This document shows positions 37,449-51,210 of a stretch of DNA of 64,000 bases, piece after piece (position 1 is the stretch's first letter; the number at the start of each line of letters is the position of its first letter). Made by a program: the position numbers and the translations under genes. The DNA comes from Octopus sinensis (taxonomy: Eukaryota). Below the pieces are notes generated by a model. The model was not told the DNA's origin. It saw nothing but the letters and a program-made list of their open reading frames with translations, and did no database searches. The DNA is taken from the NCBI RefSeq assembly GCF_006345805.1, contig NC_043002.1, forward strand, positions 1,302,001-1,366,000. The letters are read 5' to 3'.

Positions 37449-38769
37449 AGCTTTTGTAAATATTTTATTTTTATTCATATCGGGAAGAGGATTATAATTT
37501 GTCTGTATTGTCTATAACCATTGGCAGTTTCATTTAACGAATTTGTTACTGAAAACAGCACAGAGAGATAGGTTTCACGATCCTCTCCTTGTCTTGTTGT
37601 GATATATTTGTTTATTTCTTCAATTTTCACATGGAATGTTTGGTTCACTTACAAGTATCAGTACTTTCTTAATTATGTGGAGACTGTCAAGTATACAGGC
37701 TCTGGAAGAAATCCGTATTGCATTTTTGGACATTTATGTTTTACTTTTGTAAACTTTTGTTCACTCGAATTCCTATAAGGTTTCTTAGTTCGAAGAACGA
37801 CCGTCTTCGTCCCACAGTGGTGCCTACATACGCTCAATACCTTTAAAGTACAGGATGGCCAGATTGTGAGCGCCTAGTTTTGCAGAATTGAAATGTATTC
37901 GGGTGACGCTTGTTGTATAACCGATGATATAGAGCAGTGATGCGTTTGGTAGGAACTGGGAAGGTTGAGAGAAAGAGAAAACAGAATCAGGAATACTAAA
38001 GCAGGGTAGAATAATAATAGAAGCTTCTATTTCCAAAACACCTATGGTTGCAAGTCTAAGGATTGCGAAAGGGCATGCGTCATACTTGCAAACAGGAAGT
38101 TCTCCATAAAACTGGAGACAAGGAAGCAAAGCTCATTGCTCCCAGAGGTGCAACAGGTACAACAAAAACAACATACACTACAATGAAGACACATTTGCAC
38201 CTCAGTTAATGTCCTCGACAAGGCAGTGATATGTTAATAACAATACAAGAAAGATTCATGGTGAGAAATAAGTCAAAAGCTATCGGACCCAAAAAAGGAT
38301 ATTCGAATTTTAGATATTTTGAACCATTTTAAAAAAGACCCGAGAACAATATAAGGTTGTCTTTCTTTTTGTTTTCTTCTTCTTCTGTTTAAATGGATTT
38401 ATTAAAAATTGGAAGTTGAATTACGAGGTCAGCAAGGAAGCAGGGAAGTAATCGCAACGGACTCCGGTCCATACACACGCGTGCGCACACATGGATGCGA
38501 TTGCGTATACGAGCAGATGCAGGCCGGAAGTAGAAACGCGATCATAAAGTATGGAAATACATGTAGATTGTCGTACTTCCGTTCAGCCTCCGTTTCAACT
38601 CTGATTTCCCACGGAACGAGGCTTATTTTGGAATATTTAGATATAAAATTTATATATGTGTGTATATGTGTGTGTGTAGATTGATACATACTAATATTTA
38701 TACTTATAGTTAGTCAGATATTTGTAAATTCACAATTTAAAAATCTCCTGCGGTTTTATTAAATCTCAT

Positions 38770-38783
38770 ATTTATATATATAT

Positions 38784-38825
<42 letters not shown>

Positions 38826-38866
38826 CATTCATAAATAAATAAATATATATACATATATAAATTTAC

Positions 38867-38915
<49 letters not shown>

Positions 38916-38940
38916 ATATATATACACACACATATATATT
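38770..38940. repeat. (TA)n-rich microsatellite
   Basis: Directly visible. Confidence 0.9.
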
Positions 38941-39414
38941 TATTTATGACAAGAAGCAGTCACTTATATAAATATCTTTATCCTACGCTAATGTGTATCC
39001 TGAAGAAAAAAATATTTACTGACTGTAGGAATACATAAATCGTTGTCAAAATTATTGCAGAAGAAAAAAAAAGAAGATATTTTTTTTAATGCAAAATCCA
39101 GCTGTAAAATGTTCATAGGAAAAACTAGAAGTGTTCTTGAGTTTTGTGGAAGATATGCAAATCAATTTCTTTTTGGTGCTGCTATCACAGTTCTGCATGC
39201 AGGTGTCAAATCTGCTGCATTGTTCTGATAATAAAACCAAAAATCCATAGACAAAAATATCCTGTACATTAACACAATAACCATTACACGTTGACAGCAT
39301 CAATCCTAACAATTTTGCCTCAGATGTTCACTGAAGATATTTCGTTTATCTTTTGTGTCTAGAATTTCTGAGACTTTCAAATAGTCAAACGCATTCTTAT
39401 ATACACAATAAAAA

Positions 39415-39670
39415 AACACAACGACGACGCCATCAGCACAAGTACCAGCTTCATAAACAGCAACAACATCGACAACAACAACAATAACAACAACAATAAC
39501 AACGATGACAATGATGACAACAACAACGACGGCAACAACGGCGATGACAATAACTAATAAAAACAACAAATACAAGAAAAAAAAGTAAGCACAAGAACAA
39601 AAAAAAAGAGTAACAGTAACAATCAGAAGAGCAGCAATAAAAAGAAGAACACCAAAAAGAATAATAATAA
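39415..39670. repeat. (ACA/ACG)n low-complexity tract
   Basis: Directly visible. Confidence 0.85.
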
Positions 39671-39698
39671 TATTCTCTTCATCGGGCGCAAGTGAAGA

Positions 39699-39805
39699 CG
39701 TATGGCTCAGGGGTTAGAGCGTCCGGCTCACACTCATGTGGTAGTGAGTTCCATTCTCAGACGGCGCTGTGTGTTGTGTTCCTAAGCAAGACAATTTATT
39801 TCACT
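39699..39805 (+). mobile_element. degenerate tRNA-derived SINE family 3 head
   Basis: tggctcaggggttagagcg (A box), gagttccattc (B box), then agcaagacaatttatttcac. Confidence 0.55.
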
Positions 39806-39816
39806 TCGTTTTTGGA

Positions 39817-39858
<42 letters not shown>

Positions 39859-40613
39859 CATGTAAACAGAAAGAAAGTAAAGTCTGGAGATTTTCAAATG
39901 ATGAATATTTAAGGATGAATATGGAGACAGAGTAATGAAAGCAAATAAATGTTGGAGGAATGGAGCGTCCAGAATGCGGAGGTTCCATTTATGCAATGCT
40001 TATTTGTTTCCATTTCTGGCGGCATAATTGGAAGAACTACATCTGCCAACATTATGAAGAATTTCAAAGTCCCCAGAAGCAGCTTGTAGTGCCATACATT
40101 CTCCCCTTTCATTCTCTCCGCCGGTTGTTCTCTGTGTGAGTTTTCTCTGTTAATCTATAAATATTCTATAGATTTATATTGAAATATTAATCGTCTGAAA
40201 ATCTTCAGTCTTTGCTTTGTTTCTGTTTACATGGATGAATAATATATATATTTTGGATATCAATCCAAACTTGATCCATATTTAGTTTGCTTATCTGCAA
40301 AATTGCCTCCATTCCGACTCATCTGGATTCCTTTTATAATCACTCATTACTCCACAGAGCTGATCCCTCGTAAAGAAATCGGAGTCTAATTTCGAATCCT
40401 TTAAGCGCCAGTAAGTGTCTTCTATAACCAACATTTCTGGATCTCATCCGTTGACTATATACATGTAACTAATACATATATTTATAAAATATACATATTT
40501 GTATGTATGTATCGCTGGATGTATGTCTGTCTGTCTGTCTGTCTATATGTGTGTATGTATGTATGCATGTATATATATATATATATATGTATATATATAC
40601 AAACTTGTATACA

Positions 40614-40757
40614 TAGCACAACGGATCCGATATAATGATTTGGGATAGAAAAGAAGAAGTGTGTGCAGTTGTGGAAATTAGCTGCCCAGCGGGTGATAAT
40701 ATAAAGCTGAAGATCAGTGAAAAAGAGAATACCTACACTGAACTATTAAGAAACCTG
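40614..40757 (+). mobile_element. R4/Dong-like lineage A RLE fragment
   Basis: Homologous to 480-620 (DIMIWD..VVEISCP..KENTY.ELLR). Confidence 0.8.
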
Positions 40758-42570
40758 TCCAGCTCTGCCAGCAATGCGTTCAGGAAATATGTATGTTCGA
40801 AGCAGAGACCTTATTCTTCCACACAAATCAGGTCACTGATGTCCCCCAAAGAATATGCTGAGCTTATTGCTGAAAGCTATGCTGACATTTTTACTGCTGA
40901 AAATTCCAATGTACCTTCTTCACCAACTCTGAAATCAAATTCCATAACACGTGTGAAATTCATACCTGCAATGCTGTGATGTCACCTCAAGAATAAGCGC
41001 GACTATGTCTCTCCTGGTCTTGATGGTGTTACTGATTTGCTTCTCAAATATGTTGGGTCCTATCTATTGCGCCAACTTTCTTCCTCTTTTCAATTCTGCC
41101 TTAACAACTGTGTCACTCCAGAGTACTGGAAAATTGCCAGTGTCGTTCCCCTATTCTAAATAAGTGACTGCACATCACCTGTCAACCTGTCAACTATCGT
41201 CCAGTCAGCCTTACTAGCTGTATCGCCAAACTGTCTCAGAGGAATACTCTGAAACTTTTGAAGCATTCACGGCCTTATTCAACCATCACAATTTGGATTT
41301 ATCTCTAACTCCAGCGGCTGTAGCCAACTCATCGAGTTTCTTGAGGGCATCACCCGAGTTACTGATTGATAGATGTTACTGATTGATAGATGTTACTGAT
41401 TGATAGATGTTACTGATTGATAGATGTTACTGATTGATAGATGTTACTGATTGATTGACTTTGCTATAGCGTTTAATTCTGTGCCAAACATACGACTCAT
41501 GGCAAAACTCTCTGTGAAAGATGATCTCTATAACTGACACAAGTCCTTCATTCTTAGTCGGAAAGTGGTAGTTACGGTTCTAGGACCTCATTCTTCACTT
41601 CTTCACCCTACGAGATGACATCTAGTGTACCACAGGGATCCATTCTTTGACCCCTACTGTTTGTTGCATATACTAATGATAGAGATACTAACTTGAAGAA
41701 AGTTATAGTGTTGAAATATGCAGATAACATCAAGCAGTACCTCAAAATAATAAAGAACAGCTCTTATACACTATAAACTTTCCCTGCAATCAGATCTGGA
41801 CATAATGCAGCAGTGTATCTGACTGGCAACTCAAGCTAGCTGTGGACAAGTGCGTCACCAAGCATTTTGAGAGGAAAAACCCAGCTTTTACATACTCCCT
41901 CAGCAACACCAATCTCAAGAAGACTGTTAGTGAACGAGATCTGGATATAATTGTAAACAGCGATCTTCCCTGGACAAACTACATCTCTGAGATTGTCAAG
42001 AAGGCTGAGGGTGTCCTAGCATCACTCAGTAAGACCTTTGTCTCTCCAACTATCAATTTAAAGCCGTATTTGACTATGGTATGTCCACACTTAGAGTTTG
42101 CATTACCTGTCTGGAACCTCTATCTTGCTCAGCATATAAATCTCCTGGAAACTGTTCAGAAATGTGCAACAAAACAAATACTCGCCGTCAGGGATCTACC
42201 ATAGTCCAAATGTATTGCTTCCCTGGGAATGGGCACATTGAATCTCAGATGTCTGGCGACTGGCTTGGTTGGCACCCACAAGAGTATCCATCATCTTTCC
42301 AACAACAGTTTTGGGCACCCTTTTTGAATTCCATATGACAAACACTCGTGATCATGCTCACACAGTCAAAAAACAACAAAGCACCCACCAGAAACATCTT
42401 TTCTTGCTTAGAATTGTTGAAGCATGGAATAAACTACCCGCATCAGTTGTTAGCTGTCGAGACACTACATCCTTCAAAACTCCATGTTTCTTGAAATCTG
42501 CCAACTGTACAGCTGATGGCTCCCTTTTTTCTTAGTTGTTGTGCACTTGAGCATTGTAGACAATAAACTT
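40758..42570 (+). mobile_element. degraded CR1-type LINE (RT + 3' end)
   Basis: SPGLDG, NYRPVSLTS, QFGF, VPQGSI, KYADN, ERDL.I and EAWNKLP; many stops. Confidence 0.88.
41358..41455. repeat. 17-bp minisatellite (gttactgattgatagat) x5.8
   Basis: Five perfect units plus a partial unit. Confidence 0.95.
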
Positions 42571-44029
42571 TTTCACGCACACACACACGCATGTACACAC
42601 AGACAGAAGTTATATGAAGTAAAATTTAAAATTTTTTTACAAAATTTCCACTCTCCATTTTTACCATTGCATTATCGGTGGAATCCACCAATTATGGTTT
42701 CTTGTTAATCTTTTCTCAACGATAACAGTTAATGTCTTCGCAGTCGTCTTTGAAGCATTATGTACTCTTTTTTTCTTTCTGTAAAATGTTGTTTCGCATT
42801 ATAAGTTTGCCATATAAAATGTTTATGCCAGATAAATCATTAAATGTAATGTTCGTTACCAGAAAGTCAAATCTTGATAGAACTGCAAAAAAACAGACTA
42901 TCAGATAGGAGAAAAAATTAAGAAAACAAACTGTTATTGTGATAGCAATTATATCATTTATCTTATAAAAAAATATTAACGCTAAAACATTTTGTTGGGT
43001 TTCTTTTTCAGATAAAAATAAAATTTGCTTACAATTTTTTAAATTAACGATGAAACCGCCTACGAAAGTAAACAAAAACTTGTGGTTATCACAACATACG
43101 GCAAAACATTTCACTTTTAGATTATTTCTAAAGAATGGGCAATAGGAAAAGTATTTTCAAGGAGATAGTATCTTAAGTAAATACCAGAAATTATAAAGTA
43201 ACTGTTATTTTGATAAATTAATTATATCTTGCAAAATGTTGTATAGATAAATTTGATATTTATAAATTATTACAATCGTTTTTATATTGATTTTCCAATT
43301 TAAACCGTTTATATTGTAAATAACTGCATTATCGCATATGTTTCTCGTTTATTGATTAAAAAGCCAAGCATCTGAATAATTAATGGAACAATTAAACTAA
43401 GATTAGTTTAAATATCAAAAATTCTTCTCTTTTGGCTACGATTCACTTTTAATATAATCTACAGCGAGTCAATGAACGAATATCTACTCGGTCGTTTGAT
43501 CTGCAAAGAATAGCAGCCAAATCTTCCTCTGTTCAAATCCTATCAAAGGAATAAAAAGACAGCCAATAATAGAGCCATAGCTGCATAAAAAGACACCATA
43601 TGATTGCGGAGGGAACATTTTTTTGGTGTTGATTTACGCTGATCTGTGACTAAAATATAACGATATTATTGTTTGTAGAAATAGGCTCACGTAATAAGAA
43701 TGGAAAATGAACGGGTTCCGGACTTAATGTATGTTCGAGACAAGGCAAATACGATTATTAATAAAATGTGACTTGTAACTATATAGTTTTGTCCACAGAA
43801 ATATTTATACAGTTTCCTTTATTTTTGAAAATTCTGAGACAAATAATGGATGTTTTGTACGACGGATTCTCAAGCTGAATACTGGATGCCATTCTAAAAT
43901 TCTACACACGCAGACTCCCAGTCTAGATTCTCATCTGAAAACAGAGCCACTGAGCTTTTCTTTTTATCACTCCTATGTGTCGTCATGCATTTTTAACAGT
44001 TCACTCTGTACGCTTTAGACTAAGGACGT

Positions 44030-44780
44030 CATCCAGTGTAGCATGGCCGCATATGAGCTTGTACACCGACTTGACAAGCACCGCCTGGCATGTGTCCGCC
44101 CAGCCTCCGACCCTCACAATGGAGCTTGGCTCAATGGGGTGCTATCACTCACAACTAGCACCCAGCCTGATAGTGAGAGCCTGCGTATTGGCGTTTCCCT
44201 GAACTGTGAACCTAGTGAATGCCACTGCGGATCCACAATGGATTCTTTTAGCCTCCACCCACTGTCCTGCCAGCATAGTGCTGGCTGCCTTCCACGCCAT
44301 CTTACTCTTAGATCAGAAATCAGGGCCTAGACGCCGCAGGGCCCTGTTCCTAGTTCGAACCAGCAGGGCTAGACGGAGGGGACTGCAAAAGGCCGAACGG
44401 TATAACATTTTTTCCGGTTTCGTGGCGGTATACTCCTCATCTGAGATGCCACACGCTGTATCACCGCCTCCAGCGGCAACTTGGTGTTGACAGCAACCAT
44501 CTCCAGATCCGCTTCTCGTCAGGCTGAGAAAAACAAACTGTCGAGGTATCGGTCGCTCTCCAACCGGTTTACGGTCGAACCTCTGCCAGTTGAAACCCCC
44601 ATCATTCTCGGCCCTCGTACAACATCCCTGCTTACCGTTATCGGGGGTGGGGTGAAATTTCTGGCTGGAAGTGTGATCTCCGCGAGCCAGATTGGCTGTT
44701 CCAGCGCATCTCCCTCGCCATCCTCCGAGGCAACGCCTTTTTCCCATTTTCTCTGTTGGTACCATGAGAAATGTTGAACT
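44030..44780 (+). mobile_element. CRE-clade-like non-LTR retrotransposon 3' fragment
   Basis: GAWL, LRIGVSL, CHCG..D...HPLSC...G..PRH, KRP.G, AEKNK..RY and PLPVET match the CRE-type knuckle + RLE layout; frameshifted. Confidence 0.7.
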
Positions 44781-45596
44781 ATGATTGAAGAAAGTGACCT
44801 CAACTTCTATTAGTCGAGAATTGTTCCCTTCTTTGATGAACTAAGGAAGATTATCACATAAGTAGATAGTATAAGGTTGTTATAACCGCCATACACCACA
44901 AAATACTTCCGATCTTGTTAGACTGAAGTGAAAAGAGAAATACTCTCACCTACATAGAATCATGTAAATGTCATTTGTTCACTAAATTGAGACAGAAATA
45001 TCTATCATGCCTGCTGACAGGACTTGAATCGTTATCTATTGTCTATTTAGTGTTTATATTAGCGATTATATCACAGACCGGAGTTAATTGGAGGAGATGG
45101 TGTCCTAATCATTGATGCATCGGCGGTTAAGTGATGGACTTCAAGAATTTTTAGTAGAGTTGTTTCTATTTTTTTGTCTCAGTTACAAACAATGTCAAAT
45201 TTATATTCCAGACACATAAAAAAATTCTAAAAAAACTAATGAGCTTATTTTATTTAGTCTCGGCTATTTTCAAAACGCTTAATCCCTAACGACGTAGAAG
45301 CATTCTAAAATCTTACAACTAATGTTATGTTAAATTTTACGAGAGCCACAAACATAATTTCATTTATTAATATTACTGAAATATACTTTCTCACTTTTAT
45401 ATCACACCACGTAACACATTTCATGTGTCTAATTGTTTGTGCTGAAAGAAGCTTAGAAAATGGCTATTATTTCATCCTACTGTGCTGCAAATTTACTGGT
45501 TTCCCGTAGGAAAACAGACAAATTTGCATATTTTTATTCACATATGATGAAAAACAAATACCATATATGAATCAGATTTATACTTAAGTTATAAAA

Positions 45597-46486
45597 CGAG
45601 TTCTGTCTGGAAAGCAATGGGGCTGATGTCACAAACAATTTATTTAAATTTCAAACAACAATCTTCATGGTTTCCCATTTAAAGTAATCCCTCTCGAGTT
45701 TAATGCCCTTTTCTATTCTTCCCTGCCACATTTCAATGCACTGTTGAAAGGATTCATCGGGGATGCCCCTCAGCTTTGTCGTTACACGCCTCTTGATGGT
45801 CTTCGCACCTTCGAAACGGGTCCCTTTGATGATTCTGTTGAACTTGGGGACAGAAAAAGTCACACGGAGCAAAGATCAGGTGGATAGGGAGCTTGTTCCA
45901 GTAGGGTCACCATGTTCTCGGCCAGGAACTGCCGGAAGCTTTTGTGAGCAGGCGCAGTGTGGAAGTGAAACGGTCACGATTTCCCTACCTCAACTCTCGT
46001 CTCTTCTCGCGCACTGAACGAAGCAGGCGCCGCAGGATCTCTTGGAAGGATTGCTGCTTCACCTCAGTCCTGCATGTTGAAGGCTTCTCGCTCCTGGACT
46101 CATCTTCCACCTCCTCGCGTCCCTCTTTGAACTTCTTGTGCCACTCAAAAACACATGTGCGTGACATGGTGTTATCTCCATACACTTGCTGAAGCATTCC
46201 AAATGCTTGTGACGGAATTTTCGTCAAGCGGACCAAAAATATCAGATTTATTCGTTGCTCTGTGCTTATCGCTCGTTACTCACTGCTCATCGCTAAACGA
46301 CCTGTAAAAGAGGAGGAAAGAGGGGGTGTAAAGAAAAGCAGCTTGTGAAGAAATATGCAAGGATTGCAGAAAGCGAAGTTTACACTCCCAAGATATCATG
46401 TTGGATGATAATACAATCCGCTCATCTCACTTTTCCCCATAGCTCTCGCAGCACACCCAGTTCCATTACTTTTCAGACAGACCCCC
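45597..46486 (-). mobile_element. internally deleted mariner element with both TIRs
   Basis: TIRs ttctgtctggaaagcaatggggctg / cagttccattacttttcagacagac. Peptides MLQQVYGD..SRTCVFEWHKKFKEGRE.VEDE.RS and PDL..CDFF..KGTRF. Confidence 0.88.
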
Positions 46487-46559
46487 TAGCTTAGAAGGGG
46501 GGTAGTTCTTGAAGATTTGTGATTGTACTGTAAATTAATTTCGCGAATCAGTCGCTAAA

Positions 46560-47420
46560 TATAACCGTTCATCATTTTGATAAACTTCTTAGTAGAATCA
46601 TTCGAATTCCAGTATATTCCGGCTGTAGCATTCGCCTGGACCTTCTGAGTACGCTTTCATGTCAGCCTTAAATCATTGAGATTGTTGTCAAATACATAGT
46701 CTTTCAGCGATATCGCACAACCCATTTTGCTGTAGTTCTTTACCAAGAGTCGGAAACAATTTTATATAGAGTTTTGCCTTGTGGTTGCCCAGGAAGCTTC
46801 GAATCACAGAAACAATGCGGTTCGAAGCAGCTTTCTTTATTCTGTCGGAATATCTTGAGGAATTCCATGCTCTCCAGTATATTCCCTATCTGTGGTGCGG
46901 CAAAGACATGCCTTGGTCTTTTCTTAGAGATAGCTTAGGGAAGAATTCTTGAAGGTACTTAAACACCGACGAATACTTATTAAGAACTCTGAAAATTACT
47001 TCCCCATTAAATTGCTTCACTACTGGGAACCACAACTTCCAGGGATCCACTTGACGTTGTTTCTCCACGCAAAGACCGTCGTCCGTTATGGCCAGTGATG
47101 CCTGTAGTAATGTACCATAATATTACTGTTGTTCCATAAGCAAAGATAACAGAAAATCTCGGCAAAGCCATGTTGAATCCTCATAGGGAATGTCACTCTT
47201 TGGAATTCCAGTGAAACTCGTTATATTTAAAAGGTTGCTGTTGAGTTACATTCTGTGGGAAAATGGACACTTTTCGCATTATTAAACAGCACGACTTCGA
47301 GGAATTCGGATGAGAAACGCATGAAAAGACATTCTTGGTTTGGGTTAGAGGCAGTGCCTATTACTTTGAACAGACTGAATACATTTTGATACAAGCAGAG
47401 ACCATATTGAAGAAAACCTT
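46560..47420 (-). mobile_element. degraded Chapaev3-like transposase fragment
   Basis: FKYLQEFFPKLS, FLGNHKA, KNYSKMGC.ISLK and VVLFNN correspond to motifs in 58964-60543. Confidence 0.6.
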
Positions 47421-47852
47421 GAAATTTCCTGATAACGCTTCCTCTGACTTGTGATTTGTACATTTTAATTTAAACAATTCCATTGTTTGAGTTTTGTTGT
47501 CAGAAACCTCGCATTGTATTCTGTGAGACGAAGTTCTCTGATGAAGTTATTGATGTCTTTTTCGTCCCTCCTTAACTCCATGTCCGATATTGCATGCAAT
47601 TACCCTCCTTAGATTGACTTGCTCTTAAAGACGGCTGCTCACAATCCAGCTGAGGAAATAAATACCAATCAGTGCAGCAATAGACTAGCGCAAGTTCAGA
47701 TGCACCATAACAAATGCATTCTTGCCGACTCGAGGATCGCAAGGGCATACTATGTGGAAATAGGAATTGCTTGAGTGGTTTGCAATAAATCGTTATTAGA
47801 ACAAGAAAAAAATGTAACTGTGATTAAGAAGTACAAGGTTCTCGAAACCTCT

Positions 47853-48240
47853 TACTTATCTTTTATCTTTGACTTGTTTCCGCCAGCAGACTGCGGCCAT
47901 ACTGGGATACCACCTTGAAGTATTTCAGTCGAATGAATCAACCGCAGTATTTTTTGAAGCCTGGTACTTATTCTATCGGTATCTCTTGCCGAACAGCTAT
48001 TTAACAGGGACGTAAGCACATCAACACCGGTTGTCAAGCAGCAGTGGGGAACAAACACGGAACACAAAGACACACACACATTCGACAGGTTTCTTTTAGT
48101 TTCCGTCTACCAAACTACTCACAAGGCTTTGGTCGGCCTGAGGGTAGAGTAGAAAACACACAAAGTGCCATGCTATGGGACTGAACCCAGAACAATGTGG
48201 TTGGAATGCAAGCATCTTACCATACAACCACGTTTGCACC
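47853..48240 (-). mobile_element. tRNA-derived SINE family 2, diverged
   Basis: Collinear with 52601-53077. Confidence 0.8.
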
Positions 48241-50861
48241 AGCGTCCGATATAGCTTTCTAAAACAGTAGCAATTATATTTTAATTTTAAATCTTCAGAA
48301 TTGTAAAACGTTTTATGAAATAAAATCCCACTATTCAAGTAAATATTGTACAGTAACCTACCCTCTCGGATTTTTAGTGTTAGTTGGTGAAATTAAGAGC
48401 TCATTGTTTGTCTTGGTCCTTCACGGGCCTCCTGAAATGTTTTGAAGGCCTCACTCCTTTTCATGGAAGCTGTCACTGAGTACCTTATTAATTCTTGTTT
48501 TAATAAATTGGTGACAAACAAAGCAAAATGTATCTGCCTGATGATTGCAGCTTCCTGATATGATCCCTGATAAATACGGGGCCACCCATTTACCCTATGC
48601 AATTAGAACTCAGCTGAAGTGAGGCACTTTTGGTTCCTCTATTCAAATTACTTTAACATTACTGGAAAGTTCGAGAAAATTCTCTATCAGCTATTCAGCA
48701 CTAAATTTATCCGGAAGACTTTTGAAAACAGCTACATATCAAAATATCTGTGCTGAGACCACAATAGGATATGCAGTAAAGAAATACTGTCTGTCTGCAA
48801 GCAAATAGATAAAAATTTTGCTATTCAGCATTATTTATCAATATTTATGAACTATAAAATGCTTTTATTCAAAAAAGCAATAGCGGTAGTTGCTAGAAAA
48901 AATCATTTAAAACATTAGCTATAAATGATGTCTCAGTAAACTGGTCAACAAATTTCAGTTTTTGTTTTGTTCTGGAGAAAAAACGTCAGCCTCTACTAAT
49001 ATTTCGTCACTTATTAAAAACAGAATCACACTCATTTGAGTCATGCCAGTTTTCAATTTTTCATTTGGGATATATCTTACAAGAGAATGTTAATTCCAAC
49101 GTACATTTCCTGTACTGAAACATCCTAAAAACTGCAGGACGCAATACATCGGAAATATTACATCGTCCACAAAAATCATAGCCGACCAACATGAAAGTTA
49201 ATTCCTCGTATGAATCGAGAGGAGATTAGTCCATCATTTTATTGTCGAGTGTTATTTCTTTGATTATATATTATGATAAATGTGCGACTACCATTTAAAA
49301 TGGTTTTTGTTATGTTTTCGGAAAAGTCTCGGTAAATCATAAAAAAGTCAAATTTTCTCCACAGTAAAGTATCTTTACTATTATTGTTTCGCCTACTAAA
49401 GAAGCAGTCAAGATGAATCTCCATTTCTTTGTTGTCCCTTCTCTTCACAGAGTTTAAAAATATAAATAAAAGGCTGACAAAAATGCAAAAGCGTTGCGAT
49501 GCTATGGCGAGAACCTACAGTTCGTGGCAACCTTTAAGGAAATCTACTTAGAAACATAAGCTATTCTGATGGATTTGGATTTCTCGAAAATAGGGGAAGA
49601 ACTTGAAAGTTTAAACCTGTAAAAATATAACTTGGTTTTTGAATTTTTTAATATTTCCTTTTTTATTTTGCTATAAGACTTTTACGTTTCAATATAAAAG
49701 ATAGCAATTTTCATAAATAACAGTCTTCTCTATAAATCGCTTCCTGATAACTCAACCTGGAAGCCTGGGGCCGAATATGGTTATCTTTGGTCCATAATAT
49801 ATTGAGTTAAACAACAGATTAAATTTCTATACAAGTCAGTGGTGTAGATGAGTGCCTTCTAATAATTGGTTCAAAAGTAAAGATTCTTATTTCGAACCTA
49901 GTCTGGTTTTATCGGAACCAGATGACGTTTGGACAACAGACCACACGGATTTCATCCCTAAAGGTTAAAGTGTCTGGGAAATTATTTATTGAATGACTTT
50001 TATATAAATAATTCTTTTATTGGTTCGACTTTTCTTATGCAGTCGTATTTCCATGACTCGATTTTGTTTCTTTTTCGTTATTGCATTGAAGTAAGTCGTA
50101 GAATCTTTTTACATTTAAAACATTTAATCTATTTCTCCCTTTTGGACGATGAAGTCTTTAATATCTAGATATCCAGACATGCATTTATCCATTTTCAGTT
50201 TTCAATATAAACTTTTTAACTGACCATTCACTGATCGATATTGATCGCTATTGATTAATCAAATCCGAGTTCATGAAAATGAGACAAATTTTATGTTTGT
50301 CTACGACAGCACCACATTTATCTTCTGATTTTTGTTCATTATATTTAATATCGTTTCTTTCACATGAAAGGATCAAAGATTGTATTTAATCATGAATAAT
50401 GTTTTCCAGTTTGAAAGCATTTTCAGAAACAATGTATGGATTGCAGCTTATTAGAATTTCTTGATCAACTTTCAAAGTAACAGTAGGGCGGGATTTAATT
50501 CTTACTGTGAATTCACATTAAATGCAATATGTAGCGAAAAAAGTTAATGTCGTAAACAGTAAGTCTACACAGTAAAAATCTAATTTATATATCAATACTT
50601 ATTATATCATAATATCACGCAAATTCTATGAAATAGATTTGTTTACAGTATTGTTTTCGGTAGTATTAAATAACATTCCTGACATCAAAAACTAGCACAA
50701 CATCGAAAATACCAAACACAGCAAATTTATTGTTCTACCTCATGGGAAACATAACCATAGCTTTCCGATTCGGGATGAAGACTACACTAGATTCATAAAT
50801 GATTGCAACAGCTCAAAATTTTATACTTGGATATTAATACTGAAAGGGGCTCTGTGCGTTG

Positions 50862-51210
50862 GTATGCATGCATGTATGTATGTATGTATGTATGTATGTA
50901 TGTATGTATGTATGTATGTATGTATGTATGTATGTAGGTATGTATGTATGTATGTATGCATGCATGCATGCATGTATGTATGTATGCATGCGTGTATGCA
51001 TGCATATATGCATTTATGTATGCATGTATGTATGTATGCATGTATGTTTGTACGTACGTATGTATGTATGTATGTATGCATGTATGTATGTATGTATGTA
51101 TGTATGCATGTATGTATGTATGTATGTATGTATGTATGCATGTATGTATGTATGTATGTATGTATGTATGTATGTATGTATGTATGTATGTATGTATGTA
51201 TGTATGCATG
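50862..51210. repeat. (TATG)n microsatellite with CATG variants
   Basis: Directly visible. Confidence 0.95.

Noticed and set aside
37820-38280. Possible old RTE fragment
   Set aside because: Too degraded to support by eye.
40635-40979. Novel chimeric 114-aa protein
   Set aside because: Chance in-frame junction of a Dong RLE fragment and a decayed CR1.
41358-41455. CRISPR-like array
   Set aside because: Units are head-to-tail with no spacers, and the context is eukaryotic.
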